From: Planctomycetota bacterium
GTDB lineage: Bacteria; Planctomycetota; Phycisphaerae; SM23-33
Direction: 5' to 3'
Assembly (NCBI GenBank): GCA_024275995.1
Contig: JAJRYB010000037.1
Span: 4,987-68,986 of the forward strand
Length of the DNA stretch: 64,000 nt
The translations under genes and the position numbers were made by a program. Below, one piece after another: positions 39,512 through 49,808 of the stretch. Below the pieces are notes generated by a model that had not been told where the DNA came from, ran no database searches, and saw only the letters and a program-made list of their open reading frames with translations. Within the stretch, counting starts at the first letter, position 1; the number at the start of each line of letters is the position of its first letter.

Positions 39512-42115
39512 ATGAAACGGGCGGATTCACCACGCGACAAAACAACGAACCCCGGTCGCGGAACATGGTTCTCGACGCTCAGGACTGCAAGGGCCGCCCG
39601 TCCGATACTCCTCGCCGCGATGGCGGCGCTGGCGTTCTTCGGGCTGCTTCGCTGGCGTCATACAGCCTTCAAGGGTGGGCTTGTCAAGAGCTTCCAGCAG
39701 TATCAGCTGGACAGCGCCCACAGCGTCGCCGGTGCGATGGAAAGAATCAGCGATCTTGTCCTGAGGGATTTTCGCAAGCTGGGCATCAACGGCGAAATGA
39801 CCTCCCCGTCCACCAAGGCCCAACATGCCCTGAACGACTTCTTTCGCTCCAATGCCGACATCCTGGACGGCGTATTCCTCGCGGACACCGATGGAAAGGT
39901 TCTCCTGCGCGCACCCGGAGGGGCGCAGGTGGAGGATGTTTCGCACTGGCCCGAATTCACAAGCCTTCCACTGCCGACGACCCGACGGCAGGTGTCTTCG
40001 CGTGACGATTCCGCACCGGGGGCTGGAAGATCGCTTCGCACTGTGGCGCCGATTTTCAACGGGGACAGGCTCGTCGGAGTGATCTGCTACGAGATCAGCC
40101 TGAGGAAGCTGTACGCCAAATGCGTCCCGCATCCCGACGGCAGCGCCGCCAAGAGTTTCCGTATAATCGATCAGTCCGGAAAGACGCTTCACTACGGAGG
40201 CATCCAGCCGGGGAGTAACAACCCTGCCGTGGACGACGCTGTCCTGAACGATCTTCGCCAAGGTCGATCCGGAACGGCCCGGAGCGAACGGGACGACGCC
40301 GGAGGCGCCGGCGAACTGCTGGCCTACGCCCCGATGAACCTGGGCAAAAAAAGATACGGGTTAATCGTCGCGTCTCCCGCTTCAAGCGTCTCGGTGCCGA
40401 TCACCTCGCACGAGCGACTCACCTATACGCTCATCGGAGCATTGGCTGCACTGTACTTCGCGACGGGATACATGTCGTATCGCAGCGAGAAGGCCTATCG
40501 GCGTATCGAGACCGAGCGTCGAAGGTCAGCCGAGGCAGCCAGCGAGGCGAAAAGTGAGTTCCTGGCGAAAATGAGCCACGAGATTCGAACGCCGATGAAC
40601 GGAATCCTCGGAATGACGGAGCTGGCGATGGACACCGAACTCTCCGATGAGCAACGCCGCTACCTGACGCTGGTGAAGCGTTCAGCCGATTCGCTGCTGA
40701 CGGTGATCGACGATATTCTGGACATTTCCAAGGTTGAAGCCGGCAAGCTGACGCTCACCAGCGAACCGTTCGATCTTCGTCGGTGCGTGGAGGAAACGCT
40801 CGCACCGCTGGAAATACAGGCCGAGGGTAAGGGTCTGTGCATCTCCGTAAACATCGCCCCGGAGATTCCACCCGCGGTCATCGGCGACGCGGGCAGGGTC
40901 CGCCAGGTTCTCACAAACCTCATCTCGAACGCTGTCAAGTTCACCACCCGTGGTAAAATCGGACTCGACGTGGCGATCGATATGCGCACCAATGAGACTC
41001 TCTGTCTCCAGTTCGCCGTTTCCGATACGGGCGTCGGAATTCCACCCGACAGGCAGCGCCGGATATTCGAAGCGTTCGAGCAGGCGGACAGTTCCACAGC
41101 CGCCGAGTACGGCGGCACGGGCCTGGGACTGGCGATATCGGCGCAGCTTGTCGGGATGATGGGCGGCAGGATATGGGTGGAAAGTCCCGCCCGCGCCGCC
41201 GGCGAGCCGGCGGAAGCCGCCGGTGGAGATGGAAGCACATTCCATTTCACGGCGACGTTCAGGCTCCTCGGCCCGTCCGATCGCGAAACACGTCGCGGGG
41301 AAACCAGCGTCCCGGCTGGGCGCCCGGGGGAGCGGGAGCACTCCGGAAAATTGAGGATACTCGTAGCCGAGGATAATCCCGTCAATCGCCAATATGCCGA
41401 GCTGCTTCTGGGTAAATGGGGACACAACGTCACGACAGCCAACAACGGAAGGGAGGCGCTGAAACTGCTGGAGCGGCAGCAGTTCGACGTGGCGCTTATG
41501 GACATCCAGATGCCCGAAATGGACGGCCTGGCGGCGACACGCGCCATACGCCGGTCGGAGAAGGCGACCGGCAGGCACCTTCCGATTATCGCCATGACCG
41601 CCGACACGATGCGCCTCGCCAGAGACAGGGCATCCGAGGCGGGAATGGACGGACACGTCTCCAAGCCCATCCGCCCGGATCAGTTGCGAGAGATTGTCGA
41701 TGCAATAGCCCCCCGCCGGGAATCCGCATCCCGCGGGAGCGACCTTGACGAAGACCTTTGCGCGTCCGACGTTCTGCTGGCGGCCATGTCGCGAGCGGAT
41801 GGAAACGAGGATATCCTCCGCCGGGTGATCGGAAGGTTCCTCGAATCGTACCCGCAGGGCATTTCCGACATATCGCGTGCGATTGACCGCGGCGACGGCG
41901 ACGCCCTGAAGTCGGCCTCCCACAAGCTCAAGGGGGCGGTGGCGATCTTCGGGAGGACCGGCGCGCTCGAATCGGTCGAGCTGCTGGAGAGGCTCGGCGA
42001 TGAAAACAGGTCCGACGGCGCGAAAGATATTTTCGCCGCTTTGGAGCGGCGCATTACCGTCCTGAAGAACGTACTCGAAGAATACCTGGAGGAGCAGACG
42101 ACATGTGGGCACTGA
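39512..42115 (+). CDS. Hybrid sensor histidine kinase / response regulator with C-terminal HPt domain
   Basis: N-terminal TM plus periplasmic sensor and a second TM. HisKA ([18 protein letters not shown]). HATPase_c ([23 protein letters not shown]). REC ([10 protein letters not shown]...[12 protein letters not shown]...KP). HPt ([12 protein letters not shown]). Confidence 0.9.
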   Translation: MKRADSPRDKTTNPGRGTWFSTLRTARAARPILLAAMAALAFFGLLRWRHTAFKGGLVKSFQQYQLDSAHSVAGAMERISDLVLRDFRKLGINGEMTSPSTKAQHALNDFFRSNADILDGVFLADTDGKVLLRAPGGAQVEDVSHWPEFTSLPLPTTRRQVSSRDDSAPGAGRSLRTVAPIFNGDRLVGVICYEISLRKLYAKCVPHPDGSAAKSFRIIDQSGKTLHYGGIQPGSNNPAVDDAVLNDLRQGRSGTARSERDDAGGAGELLAYAPMNLGKKRYGLIVASPASSVSVPITSHERLTYTLIGALAALYFATGYMSYRSEKAYRRIETERRRSAEAASEAKSEFLAKMSHEIRTPMNGILGMTELAMDTELSDEQRRYLTLVKRSADSLLTVIDDILDISKVEAGKLTLTSEPFDLRRCVEETLAPLEIQAEGKGLCISVNIAPEIPPAVIGDAGRVRQVLTNLISNAVKFTTRGKIGLDVAIDMRTNETLCLQFAVSDTGVGIPPDRQRRIFEAFEQADSSTAAEYGGTGLGLAISAQLVGMMGGRIWVESPARAAGEPAEAAGGDGSTFHFTATFRLLGPSDRETRRGETSVPAGRPGEREHSGKLRILVAEDNPVNRQYAELLLGKWGHNVTTANNGREALKLLERQQFDVALMDIQMPEMDGLAATRAIRRSEKATGRHLPIIAMTADTMRLARDRASEAGMDGHVSKPIRPDQLREIVDAIAPRRESASRGSDLDEDLCASDVLLAAMSRADGNEDILRRVIGRFLESYPQGISDISRAIDRGDGDALKSASHKLKGAVAIFGRTGALESVELLERLGDENRSDGAKDIFAALERRITVLKNVLEEYLEEQTTCGH

Positions 42116-42537
42116 TTGCGGATGACGATCCCGTGTATCGCGAACTGGTCAATGACCTGTTGACGGGATGGGGTTTCGAGACGGTCGTGGTCGGCGACGG
42201 AGAGCAGGCGGAAAAGATCATCCGCGACGACGAGCGGATCGAGATCGCCGTCCTGGACTGGATGATGCCCGTCATGGACGGCTACGAGGTCTGCCGGAGG
42301 ATGAAGCAAAGCGACGCGGGCCGGGATGTGTACGTGATTATCATCACCGGCGACAGGCTCAGAGATGAGCTGATCAAGGTGCTGATCGCCGGCGCGGACG
42401 ATTACGTGATAAAACCGTTCGAACCGCTGGACCTGAAGATACGCCTCCGGGCCGCACAGAACATCATCGGGCTGCGGAAGCAGCTGGAGGAACTTCGCCG
42501 GACCATCGATCACGGCAAGGCGGGCAAGGTCGCCTGA
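42103..42537 (+). CDS. Single-domain response regulator receiver protein
   Basis: [14 protein letters not shown]...[12 protein letters not shown]...KP. Overlaps the kinase stop by 13 nt. Confidence 0.85.
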   Translation: MWALIADDDPVYRELVNDLLTGWGFETVVVGDGEQAEKIIRDDERIEIAVLDWMMPVMDGYEVCRRMKQSDAGRDVYVIIITGDRLRDELIKVLIAGADDYVIKPFEPLDLKIRLRAAQNIIGLRKQLEELRRTIDHGKAGKVA

Positions 42538-42653
42538 GGATGGCGCTCGGGCCGTCATACGCTTTTTTGCGCATTTCCTGCCCGGACGGCGTCAAGTGTG
42601 CGAATGTCCCGCACGCCCGCGAGCCGATACAGGGAAATGGAAGACGCTAGTAT

Positions 42654-43469
42654 TTGGGAGAACCGGCCATGGACGATGAAGGTATGCGAGCAGCGTTGGT
42701 GACCGGAGGGTTGAGCGGTCTGGGCAAGGCCGTCGCCATTGAACTGGCCCGGTCGGGATGGTCGCTGTTCGTTCAGCACACCTCCCCTCGCGAGGAGGCT
42801 TCGGAAGCAGCCGACGAGATCGCCGCTGCCGCCGAGACCGCCGGATTCGAGGTCGAGATCGTCTGCGAGACGACGGATATCTCCCGCAGCGAAGATCGCG
42901 AGCAGCTCGTCGAGAAGGTGCTGGATTCATTCGGCCGGATCGACCTGCTCGTGAACGCCGCACCGGGCAAGAGCGGACAGGCCGAGGACACCCTCGAGTT
43001 CACCGAGGAAACGTATCACAACGTGATGGACGCCTCCCTGACGGCGACGCTGTTCCTCACCCAGCGGGTCGCCAACGAGATGGTCCGCCTGGTCGAATCG
43101 GGCGAGTTGGAGAACCCATCGATCGTTACGCTCAATTCGATCAGCGCGTACACCACGAGCGTTGACCACGGGCCGCAGTGCATCAGCCGGTCCGGTCTTA
43201 CAATGGTCACTCGCCTGTTCGCCGATCGCCTGGGCGAGCACGGTATCGGCGTGTACGAGGTGCGGGTCGGGCTGATATCCGCCGGTCGCGGTGACGCATC
43301 CCACCAGCGGTACGACGCGCTGATAGCCGAGGGCCTGACACCGCTGCGGCGATGGGGACGCCCCGGAGACGTCGGACGCGCGGTAAGAGCTATCGCCGAC
43401 GGGCTGCTAAGCTACTCGACCGGCGAGGTGATAAACGTCGACGGCGGCTTCCACCTGCGCAGGCTCTAA
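42654..43469 (+). CDS. SDR-family oxidoreductase
   Basis: Gly-rich NAD(P)-binding motif ALVTGGLSGLG. NAAPG motif LVNAAPG. A catalytic region replaces YxxxK (S...ISAYTTSVDHGPQCISRSG). Ends ...VDGGFHLRRL. Confidence 0.8.
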   Translation: MGEPAMDDEGMRAALVTGGLSGLGKAVAIELARSGWSLFVQHTSPREEASEAADEIAAAAETAGFEVEIVCETTDISRSEDREQLVEKVLDSFGRIDLLVNAAPGKSGQAEDTLEFTEETYHNVMDASLTATLFLTQRVANEMVRLVESGELENPSIVTLNSISAYTTSVDHGPQCISRSGLTMVTRLFADRLGEHGIGVYEVRVGLISAGRGDASHQRYDALIAEGLTPLRRWGRPGDVGRAVRAIADGLLSYSTGEVINVDGGFHLRRL

Positions 43470-43480
43470 AACATAAAACG

Positions 43481-44884
43481 TCAGGAAGCTTTCATTCTCT
43501 TGTAGACGATCTGGTGGAACGGTTCGTCACTGAGATAGAGAATCAGTTTTTCTCCCCCGTCGATGATTCGCAGGACGCACTTCAGTTTGTGGTGTCCGAG
43601 GCGCAGTAGAGCGTTGTAGTGGCCGCGGCGGGTGGCGTTCAGCGAACCCGTAACGCCGGGGGCGGGTATCCTCAGACGCATTCCAGATGGAGTTCTGTCG
43701 ATGACGATCACGTGGTCCCTGGCGTTCTGGACGGCAGCCATCACGGGGTTTCTCAGCAGCGGCTGGAGGCTTCGCGGCGGCAGCTCGGCGTAGCGACCGA
43801 CGATCGCCTGCGCAGCGGGAACCTCCGGAGGCAAGAGCTGCCCGCTGGGAGTTTCGCCAACGCCGCGGATACGGATATCACCGCTGGACGTGTCCATCGG
43901 AACCTCGAAAAGGAACCTCAGCGCGACTCGTCGGCCCGGTGCAACTTGCAGTTCTCTCCTGCGGGCCCTGGACAGGGACGCCCGTGACGGGGAAATCGCA
44001 AGGCCCAGTGACGGATATTCCTTTTCATTCGAGACGAACAGGACGTCACGCCCGAAGCTTTTCAGGCGGAGGGGCTTGCTGCCCGCCTCGACGTCCACCG
44101 AAACGCGCAGGTAGAGCTGCTGCGGACGGGCTGGGAAATATCTCCCGCCGGGAAAGCAGCTCATCCGCGATTTCGTGACGATAAGCCCGGCGGGTATGAT
44201 CGGGCGAGGTTTCGACGTCGGCTGGGTCCGCGGCTGCGGGACGGTTACGACTGCAGGCAGGGATGCGGGCAGCGTATCGACGATTCGACCGTCGGCGGAG
44301 GGAGCATTGGTATCCGTCTCGCCGTCGGACATACGGCTGATGAGCCAGTACGCCAGTAAGGCAACCCAGATAACGGCGATGGCGGCGACGAGCAGGGACC
44401 ATTTAGACACGCGAAACTTTTGCTTCGGTATCCTGCCGCCGGCGGCCATCATCTCGACGGCGTCGTCTCTCGGTCCGACCACATCGTTCAGCTCGACGTG
44501 GATCTCGACTTCTTCCACGTCTTCGGGCAGCGCGGCGAATTCGAACTTCGATTCGGCGTCCGGGTAGGGAACGCGGATTTGCGCCTTGCACGCCGGGCAG
44601 TGGATGCGCTTTCCACTGAAACGCTTTTCGACCTTCAGCCCCTTTCCGCACTTGCCGCAGGCGAAGCGGATTTTCTGTTCCAGCGATCGGCGCAACTCCA
44701 AAGCGTATCCCTGCTCGGACTCGTCGTCGAAGTGGACGTCATCTTCGGAAGGGTCGCGCGGGGCGCCCGCGAGAAGATGCCCGACGTAGAGTTCGTGCCC
44801 GCACCGAGGACAGGAGAGCGTCTGCCCCGCAGGCGCATCTTCAAGCTCGATCTCATGCCCGCATTGTCCGCACCGGATCTGCAC
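43481..44884 (-). CDS. Double zinc-ribbon membrane protein of unknown function
   Basis: Two CxxC...CxxC ribbons (CGQCGHE...CPRCGHE; CGKCGKG...CPACKAQ). One TM helix (WSLLVAAIAVIWVALLAYWLI). A ~270-aa extracytoplasmic domain has no recognised motif. It starts with GTG (44882-44884) directly abutting the nadE stop. Confidence 0.55.
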   Translation of the reverse strand: MQIRCGQCGHEIELEDAPAGQTLSCPRCGHELYVGHLLAGAPRDPSEDDVHFDDESEQGYALELRRSLEQKIRFACGKCGKGLKVEKRFSGKRIHCPACKAQIRVPYPDAESKFEFAALPEDVEEVEIHVELNDVVGPRDDAVEMMAAGGRIPKQKFRVSKWSLLVAAIAVIWVALLAYWLISRMSDGETDTNAPSADGRIVDTLPASLPAVVTVPQPRTQPTSKPRPIIPAGLIVTKSRMSCFPGGRYFPARPQQLYLRVSVDVEAGSKPLRLKSFGRDVLFVSNEKEYPSLGLAISPSRASLSRARRRELQVAPGRRVALRFLFEVPMDTSSGDIRIRGVGETPSGQLLPPEVPAAQAIVGRYAELPPRSLQPLLRNPVMAAVQNARDHVIVIDRTPSGMRLRIPAPGVTGSLNATRRGHYNALLRLGHHKLKCVLRIIDGGEKLILYLSDEPFHQIVYKRMKAS

Positions 44885-46520
44885 CTACGAGCCTTTCCGG
44901 GAGACGTATCCCTGTGCGATGGGCATTCGCCGCCCGGTTCCGAACGCTCGCGCCGTCACCTTGAGTACCGGCGGCGCCTGCTTTCGCTTGTACTCGGACG
45001 CGTCCACCATTCGCGCCACGCGATGCACCGTCTCGGCGTCGAACCCCTCGGAAACTATCTGTCGCGCGGTCAGGTCTTTCCCGACGTACCGCTCGATAAT
45101 CGCGTCCAGCAGATCGTAGGGAGGCAGCTTGTCCCGGTCGACCTGCCCGGGCTTGAGTTCGGCGCTGGGGGGCTTGTCCAGCGTCGAGGCGGGAATGCGG
45201 GGTTTGGGCGTCTCGGAGTTGAGCTGCCCGGCCAGGCGATATGTGAGTGTCTTGAGCACGTCGCCGATAGGCGCCAACCCGCCGCACATATCGCCGTACA
45301 GCGTGCAGTAGCCGACGGACAATTCGGACTTGTTACCCGTCGCCAGGGGAAGATGCCCGAACGTATTGCTCATCGCCATGACCAGCGTTCCGCGAATTCG
45401 CGCCTGGACGTTCTCGGCGGCGGTCTCGCTCATCTCGTCCAGCGCGCCTTCGAAAGCGGCGTGGACGGCCTCGATGGACGCGACCCGCAGATGGATGCCG
45501 AGATTCTCCGCCAGTTTCTCGGCGTCGCGCAGGCTGTGATCGCTGCTGTAGCGGCTGGGCATCGCCAGCGCGTAGACGTTCTCCGGACCAAGCGCGTCGG
45601 CTGCCAGCGTAGCAACGACGGCTGAGTCTATCCCACCGCTCAAACCGAGCACCACGCTCTTGAAGCCGCACTTGCGAACGTAATCCCTCAGGCCAAGCTT
45701 GAGCGCAGCGGACAATCTCGCAAGTTCCTCGCCGAGAGGTTCGCAACGGGAATCGCCCGAGTCGCTCTCCACGATCAGCAGATCTTCTTCGAAGCTTTTG
45801 CAGCGCCCGACCACTTCGCCGGAGGCGCTGACGACGCAACTGCCCCCGTCGAACACCAGCTCGTCGTTTCCACCGACCTGGTTGACATAGACGATTGGAA
45901 CTCCGATGCGACGCGCCTGGCGGGCGAAGAGTTCCTCGCGCACGGCCGCCTTGCCCATCTCGTAGGGGCTGGCGGACATGTTGATGACGATCTGAGCGCC
46001 CTGTGCGGCAAGGGTAGCGATGGGGTCGGTCCCGTAGAGCCGGCGTCCGAGCGACTGGGCGTCCCAGAGATCCTCGCATATCGTCAGCCCCACGCGCCTC
46101 CGGTTGATCTCGAAACATTTGCCGGCGGGATCGCCCTGGAAGTATCGCGTCTCGTCGAACACGTCGTAAGTCGGAAGCAGCGCCTTGGCGTGGACGTGTT
46201 GGACTCGCCCCCCCGCCAGCAGCGCCGCGGCGTTCTGGAGAGGTCGTCCGGCGCCACCCGGCGCAGGTCGCGCGAAGCCCACCAGCGCAGCGATATCCGC
46301 GCACCCGGCCGCGAGCGATTCGACCGCCGAGACGCTCTCGTCGATGAACTGCTCTTTGCGAAGCAGGTCTCGCGGCGGGTAGCCCATCACGGACAACTCG
46401 CCGAAGACGATCAGCTCCGCCCCGCCGTCCGCGGCGCGGGCGATGAACTCGGATATCCTCGCCGTGTTCCCGCCGATGTCGCCTACGAGAGGATTGAATT
46501 GTGCCAGGGCAACCTTCATT
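44885..46520 (-). CDS. nadE: Glutamine-dependent NAD+ synthetase (N-terminal nitrilase/CN-hydrolase domain + NadE ATP-PPase)
   Basis: Start MKVALAQFNPLVGDIGGN (nitrilase fold with E-K-C residues; ...TICEDLW...). C-terminal PP-loop SGGIDSAV. The listed ORF extends to 47131, but the upstream 200 aa overlap real plus-strand genes and are rejected. Confidence 0.9.
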
Positions 46521-46651
46521 GCATTTGTATTACCCGCTGCACCGGGTAATTTCACGCGGAAATTGCACATCGCGGAAGTAAGCTTGAAATCCAGCCATAC
46601 GCGCGTGAGAATATGAACGCGCCGGGTAGAAACCGCTTGAGAGGTATGTAG

Positions 46652-46957
46652 ATGGAGACAACCAGTGCGGTTGCCAGGGTGCGGTTCGCTTCCGCCAAGC
46701 CACAGCGTATCAAGGTTCACAATTCCGGCGGGCTCGTTACCGACATACTGTGCCTTGAACCCGGACAGGACATAAAGGTGGATCGCGGGCAATGGCGATA
46801 CTACATCGTGAGCGGAACGGCGACGCTGGTCTCGGGTGAGCAAAGCGAAGACCTGCCGATGGGCCAGTTTGCGGCAATGGAATCGGGCGAAAAGCACCGC
46901 GTGTCCAATCGCGGCGAGCAGCGTGCGATCTGCCTGGCAATCGGTTCGACGGTCTGA
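46652..46957 (+). CDS. Cupin-domain protein
   Basis: 101 aa small beta-barrel protein with a cupin_2-like two-motif pattern (G..W.Y.V.G ... HRV.N). Assignment is weak. Confidence 0.5.
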   Translation: METTSAVARVRFASAKPQRIKVHNSGGLVTDILCLEPGQDIKVDRGQWRYYIVSGTATLVSGEQSEDLPMGQFAAMESGEKHRVSNRGEQRAICLAIGSTV

Positions 46958-46973
46958 TGAGCCGATCGGGAGC

Positions 46974-47360
46974 ATGTCCATGGGAAAGCGGATTCTGATA
47001 ACCGCCGGCGATGTTTCCGTTGAGGCGCTACTCAACGATTCTCCATGCGCCTCCGCCATCTGGGACGCCCTTCCGATCGAGTGCGCATCCAACACGTGGG
47101 GAAACGAGATATACTTCAACATAGGGGTCAACTGCCCGCTGGCGGACGACGCGTCGGACGAGCTTGAAGTCGGCGAGCTGGGCTACTGGCCGCCTGGAAG
47201 AGCGTTCTGTATTTTTTTCGGTCCGACGCCCATGAGCGAACCCGACGGTAAACCCCGCGCAGCCGGCGACGTGAACCACATCGGTAGAATCGCCGGCGAC
47301 GCAAGCTCGCTGCGGTTCGTCGTCGACGGTGTGACCGTCAGGCTATCAGCTATCGACTGA
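46974..47360 (+). CDS. Cyclophilin-like superfamily (DUF3830-like) protein
   Basis: MSMGKRILITAGDVSVEALLNDSPCASAIWDALP...ELGYWPPGRAFCIFFG. Assignment is by recall of the family pattern. A GGGAGC RBS-like sequence lies before the ATG. Confidence 0.45.
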   Translation: MSMGKRILITAGDVSVEALLNDSPCASAIWDALPIECASNTWGNEIYFNIGVNCPLADDASDELEVGELGYWPPGRAFCIFFGPTPMSEPDGKPRAAGDVNHIGRIAGDASSLRFVVDGVTVRLSAID

Positions 47361-47442
47361 CGCGACGCAGGCGGGAACTACTGGGCAATTCGGCCGCGTT
47401 GCGATACCATCGCCCTCTTCAAATTCCGGGAGTACAATCAGG

Positions 47443-47748
47443 ATGATCGCACAGACCATAATGACCGCACAGTTCTTCGAGGGCGTGATGCTTATCTGCT
47501 TCGGCGCGTCCTGGCCCATCAGTATCTCCAAGAGCCTCCGCACGCGACAGGTGGCGGGAAAGAGCCTGGTTTTCATGCTGCTGGTCTTCGTGGGGTATCT
47601 TGCCGGTCTCTCGGCAAAACTCGCCATCGCCGCGGTGCGCAACGAGACGCCACAACCCGTCAGCCTCCTTTACTTCATCAACACCCTGCTCGTGGCGACG
47701 GACATATGCCTTTACATCCGGCTGCACCCGAAACCGCAACAATCGTAG
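47443..47748 (+). CDS. Small 3-TM PQ-loop/SemiSWEET-like membrane protein
   Basis: 101 aa. FGASWPISISKSLRTRQVAGKSLVFMLLVFVGYLAG resembles the SemiSWEET PQ motif and TM1-TM2 loop (APQ..K.L.TRSA.DISL). Confidence 0.45.
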   Translation: MIAQTIMTAQFFEGVMLICFGASWPISISKSLRTRQVAGKSLVFMLLVFVGYLAGLSAKLAIAAVRNETPQPVSLLYFINTLLVATDICLYIRLHPKPQQS

Positions 47749-47749
47749 G

Positions 47750-47769
47750 GTGGGCAACTTGTTGCCCAC
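47750..47769. repeat. REP palindrome GTGGGCAAC-TT-GTTGCCCAC
   Basis: Perfect 9-bp inverted repeat with a 2-nt spacer. It starts at the stop codon of the SemiSWEET-like gene. Confidence 0.75.
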
Positions 47770-47796
47770 GGACTCATGGAATCTGTTGCTGGAACC

Positions 47797-48348
47797 CTAG
47801 TCCAGCCATGTGTACTGCGTGCTCCCCGGAAGGTCTATTCTCCCGCACCAATCCAACTCATACCACCCCATTTCAACATATCTATTGAAGCTCGAAAACA
47901 TCCATTGCTTCGGATAGTCGACTAATCCGTGGCGAACCGGATTCGCATGAATGTAATCCACGTGCATGTGGAAATCCTCAGCGTTGCGGATACGATGCTC
48001 CCAAAACCGCTTCTGCCACACGCCCCTGTATCGCTGTCGTTGCTGCGATGTCGAGACGCCACCCTCCGACCCGCCACTACTGAGGAACGCTCGCGTAAAT
48101 CGCTTTTTCATCGCCCCTATTCGCGCGGAGTAATCGGTATCATTATCCGGCAACCGCCAGAGCATGTGAATGTGGTCCGGTAACAAAACGACGGCCTCGG
48201 TCGTCCATGGATGGGCTTTGCGCGTCGCCTCCATCGCCTCACGTAATAATCGGCGAGCCTTCGCATCCCCAAATAGAGGACGACGATGGTACGTAACGAG
48301 CGTGAAGAAGAACAGGCAGCCGTCGGCGTATCGCCGATAGTATGGCAT
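47797..48348 (-). CDS. REP-associated tyrosine transposase (IS200-like HuH Y1 transposase)
   Basis: MPYYRRYADGCLFFFTLVTYHRRPLF... HuH motif PDHIHMLW. Catalytic Tyr region YIHANPVRHGLV. The listed ORF (to 49062) has a spurious N-terminal extension; the start is set at the MPYY Met (48346-48348). Confidence 0.8.
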   Translation of the reverse strand: MPYYRRYADGCLFFFTLVTYHRRPLFGDAKARRLLREAMEATRKAHPWTTEAVVLLPDHIHMLWRLPDNDTDYSARIGAMKKRFTRAFLSSGGSEGGVSTSQQRQRYRGVWQKRFWEHRIRNAEDFHMHVDYIHANPVRHGLVDYPKQWMFSSFNRYVEMGWYELDWCGRIDLPGSTQYTWLD

Positions 48349-48394
48349 CAAGCAGAGAATAATCTTTACTGCCATATGTTGGCAACAAGGATGC

Positions 48395-48414
48395 GTGGGC
48401 AACGAGTTGCCCAC
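48395..48414. repeat. REP palindrome GTGGGCAAC-GA-GTTGCCCAC (inverted copy)
   Basis: Same 9-bp arms as 47750-47769. The flanking GGGTAGG/CCTACC context is inverted. Confidence 0.75.
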
Positions 48415-48449
48415 CCTACCGGACACCACCCGAAACCGGAGATGGACGC

Positions 48450-49736
48450 TCAGACGTCGAGTTCGGCTGCGAACAGGTCGTCGTAATTCTCGCGCCGGCG
48501 AATGACGCGCCACGAATCGCCCTGTACCAGAACTTCCGCGGCGTTCGGACGTGAGTTGTAATGGCTGGACATGACGAACCCGTACGCCCCGGCGGAAAAC
48601 ACAGCCAGCAGGTCGCCGCGACGCATGGGCGGCAGGACGCGATCGGTGGCGAGGAAATCCGACGTTTCGCAAACGCCGCCGACGATATCCACCTTCTCGC
48701 CGCCTTCGCTCGCAAAGGCGATGCGACGCTCCGGAGGCGATGCGCCGTCGGGAAGGCGGGCGGGATATACGAAATGCTCCGCCTCGTAAAGCGCGGGGCG
48801 GAGCAGGTCCGTCATCGCGGCGTCGACGATCAGGAATTTTTTCCCGCCGCCCTGCTTGACGTACAGAACGCGCGTCAGCAGCACGCCGGCGTTGCAGGAT
48901 ATCTGCCTGCCCGGTTCGAGCAGCACGCGCAAGTTCTTGTCCTTCAGCAGCGGGACCAACGCCTCGGCGTAAGTTTCCGCCCGTGGGGAGGCGCCCTGAT
49001 CGTAGTCGGCTGCGTAACCGCCGCCCAGGTTCAGCGAGCGGACTTGAAACCCTTTCTCGCAAAGGGTCTCTGCAAGGTCCATCGCCTTGGTGACTGCCTG
49101 CACGTAAGGCTGCGGCGAATAGATCGGCGAGCCGATGTGCAGGTGAATGCCGTCCAGTTCGACGTGGGGATCGCGCCCGTAAGTTTCGAAGAACCGCCCG
49201 GCACGGTCTATGTCTACGCCGAACTTCGTTTCCTTCTTTCCGGTGGTCGTGTAACGATGAGTCGCCGGGTCGTAGACATCCGGGTTGATGCGCAGCGCGG
49301 CGTGTACCTTCTTTCCGCCCAGCGACGCAAGGCGGGAGAGGTTCTCGAACTCCGCGGCGCTCTCGACGTTGAACATGCCTACGCCGGAGGCGATGGCGAA
49401 TTCGATCTCCGAGTCGTTCTTGCCGACCCCGGCGAAGACCACCCGTGACATTTCCCCACCGGCGGCGAGGACGCGGGCAATCTCACCGCCGCTCACCACG
49501 TCGAAACCGCTTCCGGCGGAGGCAAGCAGCTTGAGCACGTGAACGTTCGCCAGCGACTTGACCGAAAAGCATATCGTCGGATCGAGCGGCGCGAACGCAT
49601 CGGCGATCGCCCGATAGTGGCGCAGCAGAGTCCCGGCGGAATATACGTACGCGGGCGTGCCGGTTTCGTCGGCAAGATCGCTCAGACGCACGTCCTCGCA
49701 GCAAAGATCTCCGTCACGGTATTCAAAAAGATCCAT
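48450..49736 (-). CDS. lysA: Diaminopimelate decarboxylase
   Basis: Fold-III PLP decarboxylase with ...FSVKSLAN..., HIGS, EPGR and CE(T)SD motifs. 428 aa. Confidence 0.9.
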   Translation of the reverse strand: MDLFEYRDGDLCCEDVRLSDLADETGTPAYVYSAGTLLRHYRAIADAFAPLDPTICFSVKSLANVHVLKLLASAGSGFDVVSGGEIARVLAAGGEMSRVVFAGVGKNDSEIEFAIASGVGMFNVESAAEFENLSRLASLGGKKVHAALRINPDVYDPATHRYTTTGKKETKFGVDIDRAGRFFETYGRDPHVELDGIHLHIGSPIYSPQPYVQAVTKAMDLAETLCEKGFQVRSLNLGGGYAADYDQGASPRAETYAEALVPLLKDKNLRVLLEPGRQISCNAGVLLTRVLYVKQGGGKKFLIVDAAMTDLLRPALYEAEHFVYPARLPDGASPPERRIAFASEGGEKVDIVGGVCETSDFLATDRVLPPMRRGDLLAVFSAGAYGFVMSSHYNSRPNAAEVLVQGDSWRVIRRRENYDDLFAAELDV

Positions 49737-49808
49737 CGCAAACCTCTTTCGTCAACGTTGCTCCAAGGCGAAACAGCTTATGCGTCCGGACGGTTCCGCA
49801 CAAGGGCT

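Larger units (their letters stand above)
47745..48420 (-). mobile_element. RAYT (REP-associated tyrosine transposase) with flanking inverted REP palindromes
   Basis: An IS200/IS605-like Y1 transposase gene is bracketed by GGTAGGGTGGGCAAC-NN-GTTGCCCACG elements in opposite orientation. These sit at 47745-47773 and 48392-48420. Confidence 0.7.

Noticed and set aside
42538-42600. Possible terminator after the solo receiver gene (T6 run at ~42566)
   Set aside because: The sequence preceding the T-run does not form a convincing GC-rich stem.
46521-47131. N-terminal 200-codon extension of the nadE ORF
   Set aside because: The NAD synthetase homology begins at MKVALAQFNPL (46520). The extension is antisense to the cupin and cyclophilin-like genes and lacks homology.
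48349-49062. N-terminal extension of the RAYT ORF (listed as 47797-49062)
   Set aside because: The Y1 transposase homology starts at MPYYRRY (48348). The upstream part is antisense to lysA and is Arg/Pro-rich.
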